NCBI GenBank assembly: GCA_963745035.1
Contig: CAVUVW010000013.1
Coordinates: 1,824,001-1,888,000 of the forward strand
DNA from: an uncultured delta proteobacterium
GTDB lineage: Bacteria; Desulfobacterota; Binatia; UBA9968
Direction: 5' to 3'
Length of the DNA: 64,000 bases
The translations under genes were made by a program, and so were the position numbers. The notes below the pieces were generated by a model, which saw only the letters and a program-made list of their open reading frames with translations, was not told the origin of the DNA and searched no databases. This document shows, one piece after another, positions 1-20,162 of the stretch (position 1 is its first letter; each line of letters opens with the position of its first letter).

Positions 1-953
1 GTCATGATTTTGAAGGCAAGGGCCGAAAACGGCGCGTCGTCCTTCGCCGGTCGCTCCGCCGGCACGGTCTTACCGGGCTCCACGCCCTTGACCGGAGGAA
101 TATCGAGCGGCGAAGGCAGATAGTCGACGACCGCATCGAGCATCGGCTGCACTCCCTTGTTGCGAAACGCCGACCCGCACACTACTGGCACGATCTTGAG
201 CGACAAGGTGCCGTGGCGAATGGCTTGGCGCAGCTCCGCCTCGGCGATCTCCTTTCCCTCGAGATATTTTTCCATGATCGCTTCGTCGCTGTCGGCCGCC
301 GCCTCGATGACCTTTTCGCGGTACTCCTCGGCCTGGGCCTTGAGGTCTGCGGGAATCGGCTCCACGTGGAATTTTGCGCCAAGGCTTTCGTCTTCCCAGA
401 CGATCGCCTTCATGGCGATCAAATCGACGACACCGACAAACTTGTCCTCGGCGCCGATCGGTAGCTGCACCACGACTGGACGGGCGCCCAGCCGGTCTTC
501 GACCATCTTGACGACGCGAAAAAAGTCCGCCCCCAGTCGGTCCATTTTGTTGACGAACGCCAAGCGGGGCACGCCGTACTTGTCGGCCTGACGCCAGACG
601 GTTTCGGTCTGCGGCTCGACGCCGCCGACTGAGCAGAATACCGCCACGGCGCCGTCGAGCACGCGCAGCGAGCGTTCGACCTCAATGGTGAAATCGACGT
701 GGCCTGGCGTATCGATGATGTTCACGCGGTGATCGCGCCAGAAGCAGGTGGTCGCCGCCGAGGTGATCGTGATGCCGCGCTCCTGCTCCTGGACCATCCA
801 GTCCATCGTGGCGGTGCCTTCATGCACCTCGCCAAGCTTGTAGTTGATCCCGGTGTAGTAAAGGATGCGCTCCGTGGTCGTAGTTTTGCCCGCGTCGATG
901 TGCGCCATGATCCCGATGTTGCGGGTCTTCTCAAGTGGAACGGTTCGTGCCAT
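1..953 (-). CDS. fusA: Elongation factor G, 5' part (runs off window)
   Basis: Read manually from ATG at 953: [29 protein letters not shown], followed by DTPGHVDF and NKMD G-domain motifs; directly follows rpsG. Absent from the ORF track. Confidence 0.97.
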   Translation of the reverse strand, partial: MARTVPLEKTRNIGIMAHIDAGKTTTTERILYYTGINYKLGEVHEGTATMDWMVQEQERGITITSAATTCFWRDHRVNIIDTPGHVDFTIEVERSLRVLDGAVAVFCSVGGVEPQTETVWRQADKYGVPRLAFVNKMDRLGADFFRVVKMVEDRLGARPVVVQLPIGAEDKFVGVVDLIAMKAIVWEDESLGAKFHVEPIPADLKAQAEEYREKVIEAAADSDEAIMEKYLEGKEIAEAELRQAIRHGTLSLKIVPVVCGSAFRNKGVQPMLDAVVDYLPSPLDIPPVKGVEPGKTVPAERPAKDDAPFSALAFKIM

Positions 954-967
954 TGCTCTTCGCCCGG

Positions 968-994
968 AAAAAAAAGAGGCGGTTCAACCGCCTC
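968..994 (-). terminator. Intrinsic terminator-like hairpin between rpsG and fusA
   Basis: Minus strand GAGGCGG-TTGAA-CCGCCTC followed by T8. Confidence 0.55.
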
Positions 995-1021
995 CTTTTA
1001 CCAGCATGTTTCTTCGGCCAA

Positions 1022-1869
<848 letters not shown>

Positions 1870-1931
1870 AACTTCCCGTTCGCTGTTGGATTTTGGGAGT
1901 CCGTCGATCGAACTCCCATAGAGAAATCCTG

Positions 1932-1960
1932 TTACTAACAAAATAACTCATCGATGTCAA
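1932..1960 (-). promoter_or_regulatory. Putative sigma70 promoter of rpsL operon
   Basis: TTGACA-17 nt-TAGTAA with TG extension on minus strand in the rpoC-rpsL spacer. Confidence 0.45.
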
Positions 1961-1965
1961 AGCGA

Positions 1966-6093
<4,128 letters not shown>

Positions 6094-6139
6094 AAAATGC
6101 ACCACCTCCGATTTGAGCGCACAGCCCGACCGAGTTGGT

Positions 6140-10243
<4,104 letters not shown>

Positions 10244-10310
10244 GCGCACTCCTTGTCGAACTTTCGGTCAACGATCCAGCAGAGAGATACTTGTCCCGCG
10301 GCCGGACGAC

Positions 10311-10688
10311 CTACTTGACCTCGACTTTCGCGCCCTGCTCCTCAAGTTTCTTCTTGATGGTCTCGGCTTCGGCCTTGGCGACGCCTTCTTTGACCGGCTT
10401 TGGCGCGCCATCGACCAGATCCTTGGCCTCTTTCAGGCCGAGCCCGGTAAGCTCGCGCACGACTTTGATCACCTGGATCTTTTTCTCGCCCGCCTCGGCG
10501 AGAATGACGTTGAACTCGGTCTTTTCTTCGACCGCCGCCGCCGGCCCCGCCGCTGCGGCGGCCACCGCAACCGGCGCCGCCGCGCTGACCCCGAGCTCTT
10601 CTTCAAGCTCCTTCACCAGGGCCGCCGCGTCCATCAAGGTCATGTTTTTAATAAAATCCTTAACTTGCTCTCTCGATACGCCTTCCAT
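10311..10688 (-). CDS. rplL: 50S ribosomal protein L7/L12
   Basis: Ala-rich hinge, [23 protein letters not shown]. Confidence 0.99.
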   Translation of the reverse strand: MEGVSREQVKDFIKNMTLMDAAALVKELEEELGVSAAAPVAVAAAAAGPAAAVEEKTEFNVILAEAGEKKIQVIKVVRELTGLGLKEAKDLVDGAPKPVKEGVAKAEAETIKKKLEEQGAKVEVK

Positions 10689-10727
10689 AAATCCCCCCTT
10701 GTAGTTTTTGCTTGAGAAATGTTTCGG

Positions 10728-11270
10728 TTACTCACCTTTTGCCTTGCGCAACGATTCGATGAGCCGCACCACGCGCGCGCCGGGCTCTTGAATGAGCCGG
10801 ACCAACTGAGTCGCCGGCGCATTGATCGTCGCCAGCAATTTGGCCTGGAGCTCGGGCTTGCTCGGCATCTGCGACAGGATTTTGACTCCGGCCGTATCCA
10901 TGAACTTGCCCTCGAACACGCCGCCCTTGATCCTGAGCCTGTCGTGGTCATCGGCGAACTTGATCACGGCCTTGGACAACATCACCGGATCGTCGTACCC
11001 AAACACCCAACCATTGGGCCCTTCGAGCAATTTATCAAGGTCGCCGAAGACCGTTCCTTGGAGGGCGCGGCGCACCAGGGTATTTTTAATGACTTGGTAC
11101 TCGCCCGACGCCTCGCGGATCTCGCGCCGCAACCGAGTGATTTGCGCCACGCTGAGCCCCCGGTATTCCGTGACGATCGCCAGCTTGGCGGATTTTAAAC
11201 GCTGATGTACCGCGGCTACCGTTTCGGCTTTTTCGCCGTAGCTGGCACGGACAACTTCCACTTCCGACAT
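10728..11270 (-). CDS. rplJ: 50S ribosomal protein L10
   Basis: EYRGLSVAQITRLR, VIKNTL; lies between rplA and rplL. Confidence 0.96.
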   Translation of the reverse strand: MSEVEVVRASYGEKAETVAAVHQRLKSAKLAIVTEYRGLSVAQITRLRREIREASGEYQVIKNTLVRRALQGTVFGDLDKLLEGPNGWVFGYDDPVMLSKAVIKFADDHDRLRIKGGVFEGKFMDTAGVKILSQMPSKPELQAKLLATINAPATQLVRLIQEPGARVVRLIESLRKAKGE

Positions 11271-11323
11271 TCCATTCTCCCGAACGCCTGGTTGGCGTAG
11301 CGAATCCTTGAATCTTGCCTCGA

Positions 11324-12022
11324 CTAGGCGGCCATGGCTCTGACCTGAGTCAAGTCGATCTTGATGCCCGGCCCCATGGTCGTGGTCACCGTCACGCCCT
11401 TGACATAGTTACCCTTGGCGGAGGCAGGTTTTGCGCGCAAAACGGACAAGAGCACGGCGCGGGCGTTTTCAATCAACTGCTCGGGCCCAAACGAGGCCTT
11501 GCCGAGCGGCACATGAACGATGCCGGCCTTGTCGACCCGAAACTCCAGCTTCCCGGCTTTGATTTCCTTCACCGCTTTGCCGATGTCCATGCTCACCGTG
11601 CCGGTCTTGGGGTTGGGCATGAGCCCGCGCGGACCGAGAACCTTGCCGATCCGGCCAACCGCCGCCATCATGTCCGGCGTGGCCACCGCCTTATCGAACT
11701 CCAGCCAGCCTTCGCTAATCTTCTTGATCAAATCGTCGCTGCCCACGAAATCGGCGCCCGCATCCTGCGCTTCCTTCTCTTTCTCGCCCTTGGCGAACGC
11801 AAGAACGCGCACAGCCTTGCCCATTCCGTGGGGCAGGGTCACCGTGCCGCGAATATTCTGGTCTGCTTGACGTGGATCGACGCCCAGACGAATCGACATC
11901 TCTACGGTCTCGTCGAACTTGGCCCGCGCGGTTTCTTTGGCGAGACGCAGGCTGTCTTCCAACAAATAGCGCTGATTCCGATCGACTTTGGCGAGCGCAC
12001 TTCGATAGCTTTTTCCACTCAT
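11324..12022 (-). CDS. rplA: 50S ribosomal protein L1
   Basis: [28 protein letters not shown]. Confidence 0.99.
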   Translation of the reverse strand: MSGKSYRSALAKVDRNQRYLLEDSLRLAKETARAKFDETVEMSIRLGVDPRQADQNIRGTVTLPHGMGKAVRVLAFAKGEKEKEAQDAGADFVGSDDLIKKISEGWLEFDKAVATPDMMAAVGRIGKVLGPRGLMPNPKTGTVSMDIGKAVKEIKAGKLEFRVDKAGIVHVPLGKASFGPEQLIENARAVLLSVLRAKPASAKGNYVKGVTVTTTMGPGIKIDLTQVRAMAA

Positions 12023-12072
12023 GGCCTATCCTCTTTTGAACTGGGCAAAATTTCAGCCGATGCAATCGGACT

Positions 12073-12498
12073 CTAGCCTTCGACTTCCAAGCCCAGACTG
12101 CGGGCGGTGCCTTCAACGGACTTCTCCGCCGCCGCAAGATCCTTGGCGGTCAAATCCTTGAATTTCAGCTCCGCGATTTGGCGCACCTGAGCGCGCGTGA
12201 CTTTGCCGGCCTTGGTCTTGCCCGGATCCGACGAACCTTTCTCAAGGCCGGCGGCCTTTTTCAGCAGCACGGAGGCCGGCGGCGTCTTTGTGATAAAGGT
12301 AAACGACCGATCGGCATAGACCGTAATGATCACCGGCGTGATCATTCCCTGCTGCGCCTGCGTGGCGGCGTTGAACGTCTTGCAAAACTCCATAATGTTG
12401 ACGCCGCGCTGGCCGAGCGCCGGGCCGACCGGCGGGCTCGGATTGGCCTGGCCAGCAGGTATTTGCAGCTTGATTTCGCCGATGACTTTCTTGGCCAT
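12073..12498 (-). CDS. rplK: 50S ribosomal protein L11
   Basis: [23 protein letters not shown]. Confidence 0.99.
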   Translation of the reverse strand: MAKKVIGEIKLQIPAGQANPSPPVGPALGQRGVNIMEFCKTFNAATQAQQGMITPVIITVYADRSFTFITKTPPASVLLKKAAGLEKGSSDPGKTKAGKVTRAQVRQIAELKFKDLTAKDLAAAEKSVEGTARSLGLEVEG

Positions 12499-12516
12499 TG
12501 CTTTCTGATCCTCGGT

Positions 12517-13047
12517 TTAGTTTCGCTCCACTTGCACGAACTCGAGTTCCACCGGAGTCGCCCGCCCAAAGATGCTGATCAAAACCCTGAGCTTTCCCTT
12601 GTCCGGCTTGACCTCTTCGACCACACCATTGAAGTCGGCGAACGGACCGTCGACCACCTTGACGTTCTCCCCGACGGAAAACAGCACGCGCGGTTTGGGC
12701 TTGATCGCGCCTTCTTCCATTTGCTGGGTGATCGCCCGGACTTCTTCATCGCTGACCGACGGCGGATTGGTGCTCCCGCCGACAAATCCGGTGATCTTGG
12801 GGGTCTCTTTGACCACGTGCCAAGTGTCGTCACTCAACTCCATTTGCACCAGAATGTAGCCGGGAAAAAATTTCCTCGAAGAAGTCTTCTTTTTACCCTT
12901 GACCAACTCGACGACTTTTTCCACCGGCACGAGAATCTCGCCGAAGAGATCTTGCTTGCCAAGCGCTTTGATTCGCTCTTCGAGCGCCGCTTTGGCCTTC
13001 TGTTCATAGCCCGAGAAGGTGTGAACGATGTACCACTGTTTCGCCAT
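12517..13047 (-). CDS. nusG: Transcription termination/antitermination factor NusG
   Basis: WYIVHTFSGYE, FFPGYILV, KOW GPFADFNG, IFGRATPVEL. Confidence 0.99.
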   Translation of the reverse strand: MAKQWYIVHTFSGYEQKAKAALEERIKALGKQDLFGEILVPVEKVVELVKGKKKTSSRKFFPGYILVQMELSDDTWHVVKETPKITGFVGGSTNPPSVSDEEVRAITQQMEEGAIKPKPRVLFSVGENVKVVDGPFADFNGVVEEVKPDKGKLRVLISIFGRATPVELEFVQVERN

Positions 13048-13062
13048 AGGGGAGACCTTCGA

Positions 13063-13275
13063 TCACCCAATGATGGCCTGAACGGCTTTGGTTAAAGCCA
13101 GATCGACCACAGCCAGATAAGCCGAGATCAGCAGAACGACGATGATCACAACCATGGTAGCCGCGTAGGTTTCCTTACGCGCGGGCCAATGAACTTTCTT
13201 GAGCTCCTGCCAGGCCTCTTGGACGAAGTCGGTGCCATGCCGCACCGCGTCTTGGAGCTTTTGAATCCAATCCAT
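13063..13275 (-). CDS. secE: Preprotein translocase SecE
   Basis: ELKKVHWP motif plus one TM helix; upstream of nusG. Confidence 0.95.
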   Translation of the reverse strand: MDWIQKLQDAVRHGTDFVQEAWQELKKVHWPARKETYAATMVVIIVVLLISAYLAVVDLALTKAVQAIIG

Positions 13276-13298
13276 GAAAACACCAGATCGCAGTAAGC

Positions 13299-13375
13299 TG
13301 GCGGGTCAGGCAGGACTCGAACCTGCAACAACCGGATTTGGAGTCCGGCGCTCTACCAATTGGAGCTACTGACCC
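13299..13375 (-). tRNA. tRNA-Trp (CCA)
   Basis: GGGTCAGTAGCTCCAATTGG...CCGGA-CTCCAAA-TCCGG...GTTCGAGTC...CCA. Confidence 0.97.
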
Positions 13376-13389
13376 CCTGTATCCTTAAG

Positions 13390-13542
13390 TTAGACTTTTA
13401 CCTCACGATGCAGGGTGTGCGTCCGACACGACGAACAAAACTTTTTGAGAGCCAGTTTTTCCGTGGTTGTCTTTCGGTTTTTGCTCGAGGTGTAGTTCTT
13501 CCGCTTACATTTGTCACAAGCGAATCCGACGAGTTCTCGCAT
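13390..13542 (-). CDS. rpmG: 50S ribosomal protein L33 (Zn-ribbon, four Cys)
   Basis: Manual translation MRELVGFACDKCKRKNYTSSKNRKTTTEKLALKKFCSSCRTHTLHREVKV; 50 aa, below the ORF track cutoff. Confidence 0.96.
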   Translation of the reverse strand: MRELVGFACDKCKRKNYTSSKNRKTTTEKLALKKFCSSCRTHTLHREVKV

Positions 13543-13567
13543 AACTCCGCCTTTCTGCCGAGGTCGC

Positions 13568-14758
<1,191 letters not shown>

Positions 14759-14841
14759 CTCATCCTCCTATGATTTGCCGATCAATTCTTCACCTTCTTC
14801 ACGCTGTAAAATTCCGCGCCTGCCGCGTCGAATTGGGCCAA

Positions 14842-14914
14842 AGCCCAGGAGCGGGATCGAACCGCCGACCTCGTCCTTACCAAGGACGTGCTCTACCGAC
14901 TGAGCTACCTGGGC
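14842..14914 (-). tRNA. tRNA-Thr (GGT), CCA not encoded
   Basis: GCCCAGGTAGCTCAGTCGG...GTCC-TTGGTAA-GGAC...GTTCGATC...CCTGGGCT. Confidence 0.95.
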
Positions 14915-15009
14915 ATAGCAGTCGACGGCATAGCAAGCGGCTCACTTTGCCGTCCGCAACGGCGAATTGGAATTCCCGATAGCTATCATCCGTCGGCCTT
15001 ACGCAAAAT

Positions 15010-15085
15010 TGGAGCGGGAAACGGGACTCGAACCCGCGACCCCAAGCTTGGAAGGCTTGCGCTCTACCAACTGAGCTATTCCCGC
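15010..15085 (-). tRNA. tRNA-Gly (TCC)
   Basis: GCGGGAATAGCTCAG...CTTCCAA...TTCCCGCTCCA. Confidence 0.97.
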
Positions 15086-15094
15086 AATCGAAAA

Positions 15095-15179
<85 letters not shown>

Positions 15180-15254
15180 TTGTTTCCCTTCACCCCATTT
15201 AAATAAATAAAAAACTGATTCGAGTAGAGTATGACGATTCAGAACCCTGCTGGC

Positions 15255-15329
15255 TGGAGCTGGCGATAGGACTTGAACCTACAACCTGCTGATTACAAAT
15301 CAGCTGCTCTGCCGTTGAGCTACGCCAGC
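15255..15329 (-). tRNA. tRNA-Thr (TGT)
   Basis: GCTGGCG...CTGA-TTTGTAA-TCAG...CGCCAGCTCCA. Confidence 0.97.
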
Positions 15330-15500
15330 CTTCAGACCCGGGCGTCATTTGCGCGCGCCGGCGCCACCACTTAAATTCACCTATAAGATCAACAGCTTGA
15401 GTAAGAACCACGCAAGGTCACGTGCCACGTTTCATAAACCTCACTGTGGCGGTTGGACGCACCTAGCCCCGGATACGCCGATTCTCTATTTGTAAACGGG

Positions 15501-15531
15501 TATTTAAAGCATCTCCAGGATTTCTTGTCAA
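15501..15531 (-). promoter_or_regulatory. Putative sigma70 promoter of tRNA-tuf operon
   Basis: TTGACA-17/18 nt-TTTAAATA on minus strand in AT-rich spacer. Confidence 0.45.
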
Positions 15532-15586
15532 CAGCTTAACCCTAGCTGCTGGAGAGTTTTGTAAAATTCCACAAATTGCGCTGCTC

Positions 15587-16366
15587 TTAGCTCTGCGGCA
15601 AAGGGCGACCGCCCCCGCCGATTCGCGCTTGGCGCACCAGCTCGTAGAGGAATACCGCTCCCGCAACGGAAACATTGAGGGAGGAAACTGCGCCAAGCAT
15701 GGGAATGGATACCGCAAAGTCGCATTCCCGCAGATTGATAGAGCGCACGCCCCTTCCCTCGCTACCGACGAGTATGCCCAGCCTGGCGGGGAAATTTCTC
15801 TCATATATCGTTTCTGGGCTGTCCGCATCCAGGCCGACAATCCAGAAATTATGTTCTTTCAGGTCCACGATCGCGCGGCGCAGATTGGTCACTTTTACGA
15901 TATTGACATGATGCGTCGCTCCCGCAGCCGCCTTTACCGCGATCGGACCTACATCTGCCGAGCGATCCTTGGGAATCACGATATAGCGAACGCCCGCGGC
16001 ATCCGCAGTCCGGATGAGCGCGCCGAAGTTTCGCGGATCGGTCAAACCGTCCAGGATCAGAATGCGCTCTGAGATCGCGGGGGCGGCGATTCGCTCGATC
16101 ATGCCCGAGAATGGAAAATAGTGATATGCCCTGACCCGCGCCACGACCCCTTGGTGGCGGCGCCCCCCCACCAGTTTGTCGAGCACCTTAGGATTCACGC
16201 CAACCAGTCGAACATTTCGTCGTTGCGCTTCCTGACGAACCAATCGCAGCGCCGCGCGGTCCGAAACTTCGGAAAGCAAGACCTCCGCAACGTCTTGGGA
16301 GGTCGCCTTGAGGGCTTCGAGAACCGGGTTGACGCCAAAAATCAAGTCTCGATTATCTTTTGTCAT
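15587..16366 (-). CDS. rlmB: 23S rRNA (G2251-2'-O)-methyltransferase
   Basis: HQGVVA, DPRNFGALIRTA, GSEGRG, IPMLGAVSSLNVSVA SPOUT motifs. Confidence 0.93.
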   Translation of the reverse strand: MTKDNRDLIFGVNPVLEALKATSQDVAEVLLSEVSDRAALRLVRQEAQRRNVRLVGVNPKVLDKLVGGRRHQGVVARVRAYHYFPFSGMIERIAAPAISERILILDGLTDPRNFGALIRTADAAGVRYIVIPKDRSADVGPIAVKAAAGATHHVNIVKVTNLRRAIVDLKEHNFWIVGLDADSPETIYERNFPARLGILVGSEGRGVRSINLRECDFAVSIPMLGAVSSLNVSVAGAVFLYELVRQARIGGGGRPLPQS

Positions 16367-16436
16367 CGACGCGGCAATCTGTTTCTATCTTCAAGGATTT
16401 TACATCGACTTACACAACGGTTAACATAACTGCACC

Positions 16437-17636
16437 GTGAAGCGACGCATCCTTTTTCGTTATCTTGTTGCCGAGATTCTGCCGCCCTTTTTTGTCGGTC
16501 TTCTGGCGTTCACGTTTATCTTGCTGGTCGGCCGCATGGTGAAGCTTATCGAGTTGGTCGTGACTCGTGGCGTTCCTTTGCTGCAAATTGGCAAGCTCTT
16601 TTCCTTGATCCTGCCGACGTTTCTCGAAATGACCGTTCCCATGGCTTTCCTGCTCGCGATCCTGCTCGGACTCGGGCGCCTGTCAAACGATCAGGAGATC
16701 CTTGCAATGAAAGCTTCAGGAGTGAGTCCGACCCAGGTTCTCTGGCCCGTCGCGGTGATCGCGCTGATCATCGCCTTGGCAACTCTGGCTTTGACGCTGT
16801 TCGTACGACCAGCGGCGAACTTCGCACTAAAGAAGGAACTTTACAATGTCGCCAAGAGCCGCATCGGCACGGCGCTTAAGGAGAAGGTTTTCAACGATGA
16901 CTTTCCCAGAATATTGATCTATGTAGAGGAAATCATTCCCCCCGGAAATACCGCCCAGGGAGTGTTGATCGTCGATAACCGCGACAAGGCGCGAGAGGAT
17001 ATTATTCTGGGTAAGGTCGCCCGCATCACGACCGATGAGGAAACGAACAGCCTCGGTCTTCGTCTTTTCGACGGGTCCATCTATGAGCGTGAAAAGAGCC
17101 GTCCCGGCTTTAGCCAAACCCGTTTTAATATCTACGATTTCAAGCTCGATCTCGACGAATTGGTCGGTCCGGTTAGGCAGCGAGAATCGGGGCCCAAAGA
17201 GATGCCGCTCTCCGATCTACTGACTTCAATCGACGAAAAGCAGAGCCGGGGCGTCGACGCGATTCCCGAAAGAATGGAGTTGCATCAGCGGATTTCGTTC
17301 GGATTTGTTCCGCTGATCTTTTGCCTGCTCGGAGTCTCCCTGACTCTGCTTCCCCGCGCATCGCGGGCAAATCGATCCTGGGGATTGGTCATATGTGTTG
17401 TGTGGATCATGATCTACTACGCGCTGCTTTCCTTGGGCAAAGCCCTCGGCGACAAAAACATTCTTCACCCGGTGCCAGCGCTGTGGCTGCCAAATCTGGT
17501 CGTGGGCGGTATCGGTTTTCACTTTTTCAAGCAGGCGCTGCGCGAGACGCCGCTGGCTCTTCCGAAACTGTTTGAGAACGCCGCAGGATCGGCCGGACGC
17601 ATGGCGCACATGCTCAAGCTGAGAGCGCGCAACTAA
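16437..17636 (+). CDS. lptF: LPS export ABC permease LptF
   Basis: YjgP/YjgQ features: RYL, RLSNDQEILAMKASGVS, C-terminal WLPN; paired with lptG. Confidence 0.9.
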   Translation: MKRRILFRYLVAEILPPFFVGLLAFTFILLVGRMVKLIELVVTRGVPLLQIGKLFSLILPTFLEMTVPMAFLLAILLGLGRLSNDQEILAMKASGVSPTQVLWPVAVIALIIALATLALTLFVRPAANFALKKELYNVAKSRIGTALKEKVFNDDFPRILIYVEEIIPPGNTAQGVLIVDNRDKAREDIILGKVARITTDEETNSLGLRLFDGSIYEREKSRPGFSQTRFNIYDFKLDLDELVGPVRQRESGPKEMPLSDLLTSIDEKQSRGVDAIPERMELHQRISFGFVPLIFCLLGVSLTLLPRASRANRSWGLVICVVWIMIYYALLSLGKALGDKNILHPVPALWLPNLVVGGIGFHFFKQALRETPLALPKLFENAAGSAGRMAHMLKLRARN

Positions 17637-17644
17637 AAAAGCTC

Positions 17645-18754
17645 GTGGCGAAGAGAATCCAGTTCAAGTTTCTTCCGATTGGCAGCATCCTCGACCGTTA
17701 TTTGGCGGGGGGGTTCCTGCGCATCTTCGCCATCAGTTTGGCCGTCATTACTTCGCTTTACACGACCATCGATTTCTTCGATAGAATCGGCAACTTGCTG
17801 GAGGCCGGCGCAAGCGCGTCGAGCATCGCACGCTATTTTTTCTACAAAGCTCCGCTGCTCATTTCTCGCGTGATCGGATTTGCGGTGCTTTTTTCCACAC
17901 TGTTTTGCCTCGGCGCGCTCGCGCGCGCCCACGAGATTACGGCGCTTCGCTCAAGCGGCATCTCAGTCGAGCGGATTGGTTCGCCGCTGCTGATCCTTGG
18001 AATTCTGATCTGCGCCCTCACCTTCGTGTGGAATGAAACCCTCGTGCCGATCTTTACACGCAACTCACAAAACATCTACAAATCCGAAATCAAAAACCGC
18101 CAGCAAAAAAGCGTTTTGGGCACGCACGACCTTTGGATGCGGGGCGACGCAAGCTTCATCAACGTCGATTATTTCGACGCGCGCAACGCCACCATCGAAG
18201 ATGTCACAATCTTTTTGCTGAACCGCGATTTCAGCCTGCGGGCGCTAGTGGAGGTGCCCAAGGCCCAATGGATCGACAACGCCTGGCGCACCGACCAGGC
18301 CACGGAATGGAGTTTCATGTCGGATGGAAAGACGGTCCAGCAAAAAATCACCACGGCACTGCCGATCGTCGAAACTCCCGACGACCTTAAATTGCTGGCT
18401 CGGGACGCCGAAGAATTTTCTTACTTCGAATTGCAGAGACAGATCAACGATATGAGAAATAAAGGCATCGATACGACGGCCTACGAAGTCGATCTGCAGA
18501 CAAAGCTGGCGCTGCCCTTCGTCGCTCCGTTGATGGTCTTCCTGGCCATCCCCTTCGCGCTCAAGCGACAACTGAGCGGTAGCCTTTCGCTGAGCTTTGG
18601 TATCACGATGATCATCGGCTTTGGCTATTGGGTTCTCGTCGCATTCTGCGTTTCCCTCGGCCACAGCGGAGCTATGCCGTCCTGGATTTCCGCATGGCTG
18701 CCCAACTTCATCTTCGTCCTGATCGCCGCGTTTTTCTTCACCGCGGAAGAATAA
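17645..18754 (+). CDS. lptG: LPS export ABC permease LptG
   Basis: ILDRYL, EITALRSSGIS, AWLPN. Confidence 0.9.
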   Translation: MAKRIQFKFLPIGSILDRYLAGGFLRIFAISLAVITSLYTTIDFFDRIGNLLEAGASASSIARYFFYKAPLLISRVIGFAVLFSTLFCLGALARAHEITALRSSGISVERIGSPLLILGILICALTFVWNETLVPIFTRNSQNIYKSEIKNRQQKSVLGTHDLWMRGDASFINVDYFDARNATIEDVTIFLLNRDFSLRALVEVPKAQWIDNAWRTDQATEWSFMSDGKTVQQKITTALPIVETPDDLKLLARDAEEFSYFELQRQINDMRNKGIDTTAYEVDLQTKLALPFVAPLMVFLAIPFALKRQLSGSLSLSFGITMIIGFGYWVLVAFCVSLGHSGAMPSWISAWLPNFIFVLIAAFFFTAEE

Positions 18755-18903
18755 ACTTACCGGCAGCCGACAAAGCTCCGGCAACATCATCCTGGGAAGC
18801 TCGCGTAGGGTTGACGGCGGCCTAGAAACTGATGAGTCCGACGGGAGCTGCAACGGCTGTTAGATTACCGAGTCCGCCGAGCAGCGAAAGCAATACAGAC
18901 CCT

Positions 18904-19296
18904 CTAACGTTTTGAGTACTGCGGCCGCTTGCGTGCTTTGTGCCGGCCGTATTTCTTCCGTTCGACGGCGCGCGGATCGCGAGTAACGAATCCGGCTTTC
19001 TTGAGAGGCGAGCGAAAATCAGGGTTTACCTGCATCAACGCGCGGGTGATTCCGTGGCGGATGGCGCCAGCCTGGCCGGAGTTTCCACCCCCGGCAACAT
19101 TCACGTCAATATCGAAGCTACTCCCGGTCTGCGTAAGATCAAATGGCTGGAGCACAATCATCCGGGCGGTTTCGCGGCCGAAGTACTCTTGCAATGAGAG
19201 ATTGTTAATGAGGATTTTACCTTTGCCGGGTCTCAAAAAAACCCGCGCCACTGAAGTTTTTCTGCGTCCGGTAGCTGTGAATACTTTGTCCGCCAT
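18904..19296 (-). CDS. rpsI: 30S ribosomal protein S9
   Basis: [11 protein letters not shown]...RKRPQYSKR. Confidence 0.99.
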   Translation of the reverse strand: MADKVFTATGRRKTSVARVFLRPGKGKILINNLSLQEYFGRETARMIVLQPFDLTQTGSSFDIDVNVAGGGNSGQAGAIRHGITRALMQVNPDFRSPLKKAGFVTRDPRAVERKKYGRHKARKRPQYSKR

Positions 19297-19307
19297 TCAT
19301 TCGACTC

Positions 19308-19751
19308 CTACGCTACGATCGCCAGAGGCTGCGGTTTTTGCGCGTCGTGGGGATGCTCCGGGCCCGCGTATACCTTCAGCTTTGTGACCAATTTACGGCT
19401 CAAACGGTTCTTGGGAAGCATGCCCTTCACCGCAATCTTTATTAGCTCTTCCGGTTTTTCTTGCAGCATCTGTGCGGCAGTTCGCTCGCGGATGCCGCCG
19501 GGATACTCTGTATGTCGAAAATATACCTTCTTCTCCAGCTTCGCGCCCGTGAGCTTCACGCCGGCGGCATTGACGACGACAACGAAATCGCCCGCGTCCT
19601 GGTTCGGCGTAAAAATCGGCTTGTGCTTGCCGCGCAAGACTTTGGCGATTTCTGTTGCCATCCGCCCAAGGACCATTCCTTGAGCATCAACAATGTACCA
19701 GCGTCGTTGGGACAAGGCTTCTTCTTTATTCATTGCCGCTCCAAGGCTCAC
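19308..19751 (-). CDS. rplM: 50S ribosomal protein L13 (start uncertain)
   Basis: [34 protein letters not shown]. Confidence 0.98.
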   Translation of the reverse strand: MSLGAAMNKEEALSQRRWYIVDAQGMVLGRMATEIAKVLRGKHKPIFTPNQDAGDFVVVVNAAGVKLTGAKLEKKVYFRHTEYPGGIRERTAAQMLQEKPEELIKIAVKGMLPKNRLSRKLVTKLKVYAGPEHPHDAQKPQPLAIVA

Positions 19752-19776
19752 GATCTACAAAGAAGCACTTAAAAAA

Positions 19777-19853
<77 letters not shown>

Positions 19854-19878
19854 GATATTATTCTGTTAACGAGACCTC

Positions 19879-19953
19879 TGGTGGGCGGTACAGGATTTGA
19901 ACCTGTGACCCCCGGCTTGTAAGGCCGATGCTCTCCCGCTGAGCTAACCGCCC
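19879..19953 (-). tRNA. tRNA-Val (TAC)
   Basis: GGGCGGT...CGGC-CTTACAA-GCCG...CGCCCACCA. Confidence 0.97.
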
Positions 19954-20100
19954 CCGCTCATCCGCCCAAGCAAAGCCGAGGCGGCCGACCGCTCCCCGAT
20001 CAAAGCGCTGCGCTGCATAGATGTATCAAGCAAGGACAAAAACCTCGTTGCTACCTGAAACCGGTGTTGAAGCGGCAAGCTATGCGGCGGCTGGCACGAT

Positions 20101-20129
20101 TTTATAACAGCAGCGATGCCGGGTGTCAA
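20101..20129 (-). promoter_or_regulatory. Sigma70 promoter of tRNA-Val/Asp-rplM-rpsI
   Basis: TTGACA-17 nt-TATAAA with TG extended -10. Confidence 0.65.
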
Positions 20130-20162
20130 ACCACCCGGCATCCTTCTGTGAATATTTGGGCA

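Noticed and set aside
20092-20108. Sigma54-like TGGCACG here and at 59765
   Set aside because: No TTGC at the -12 position in either case.
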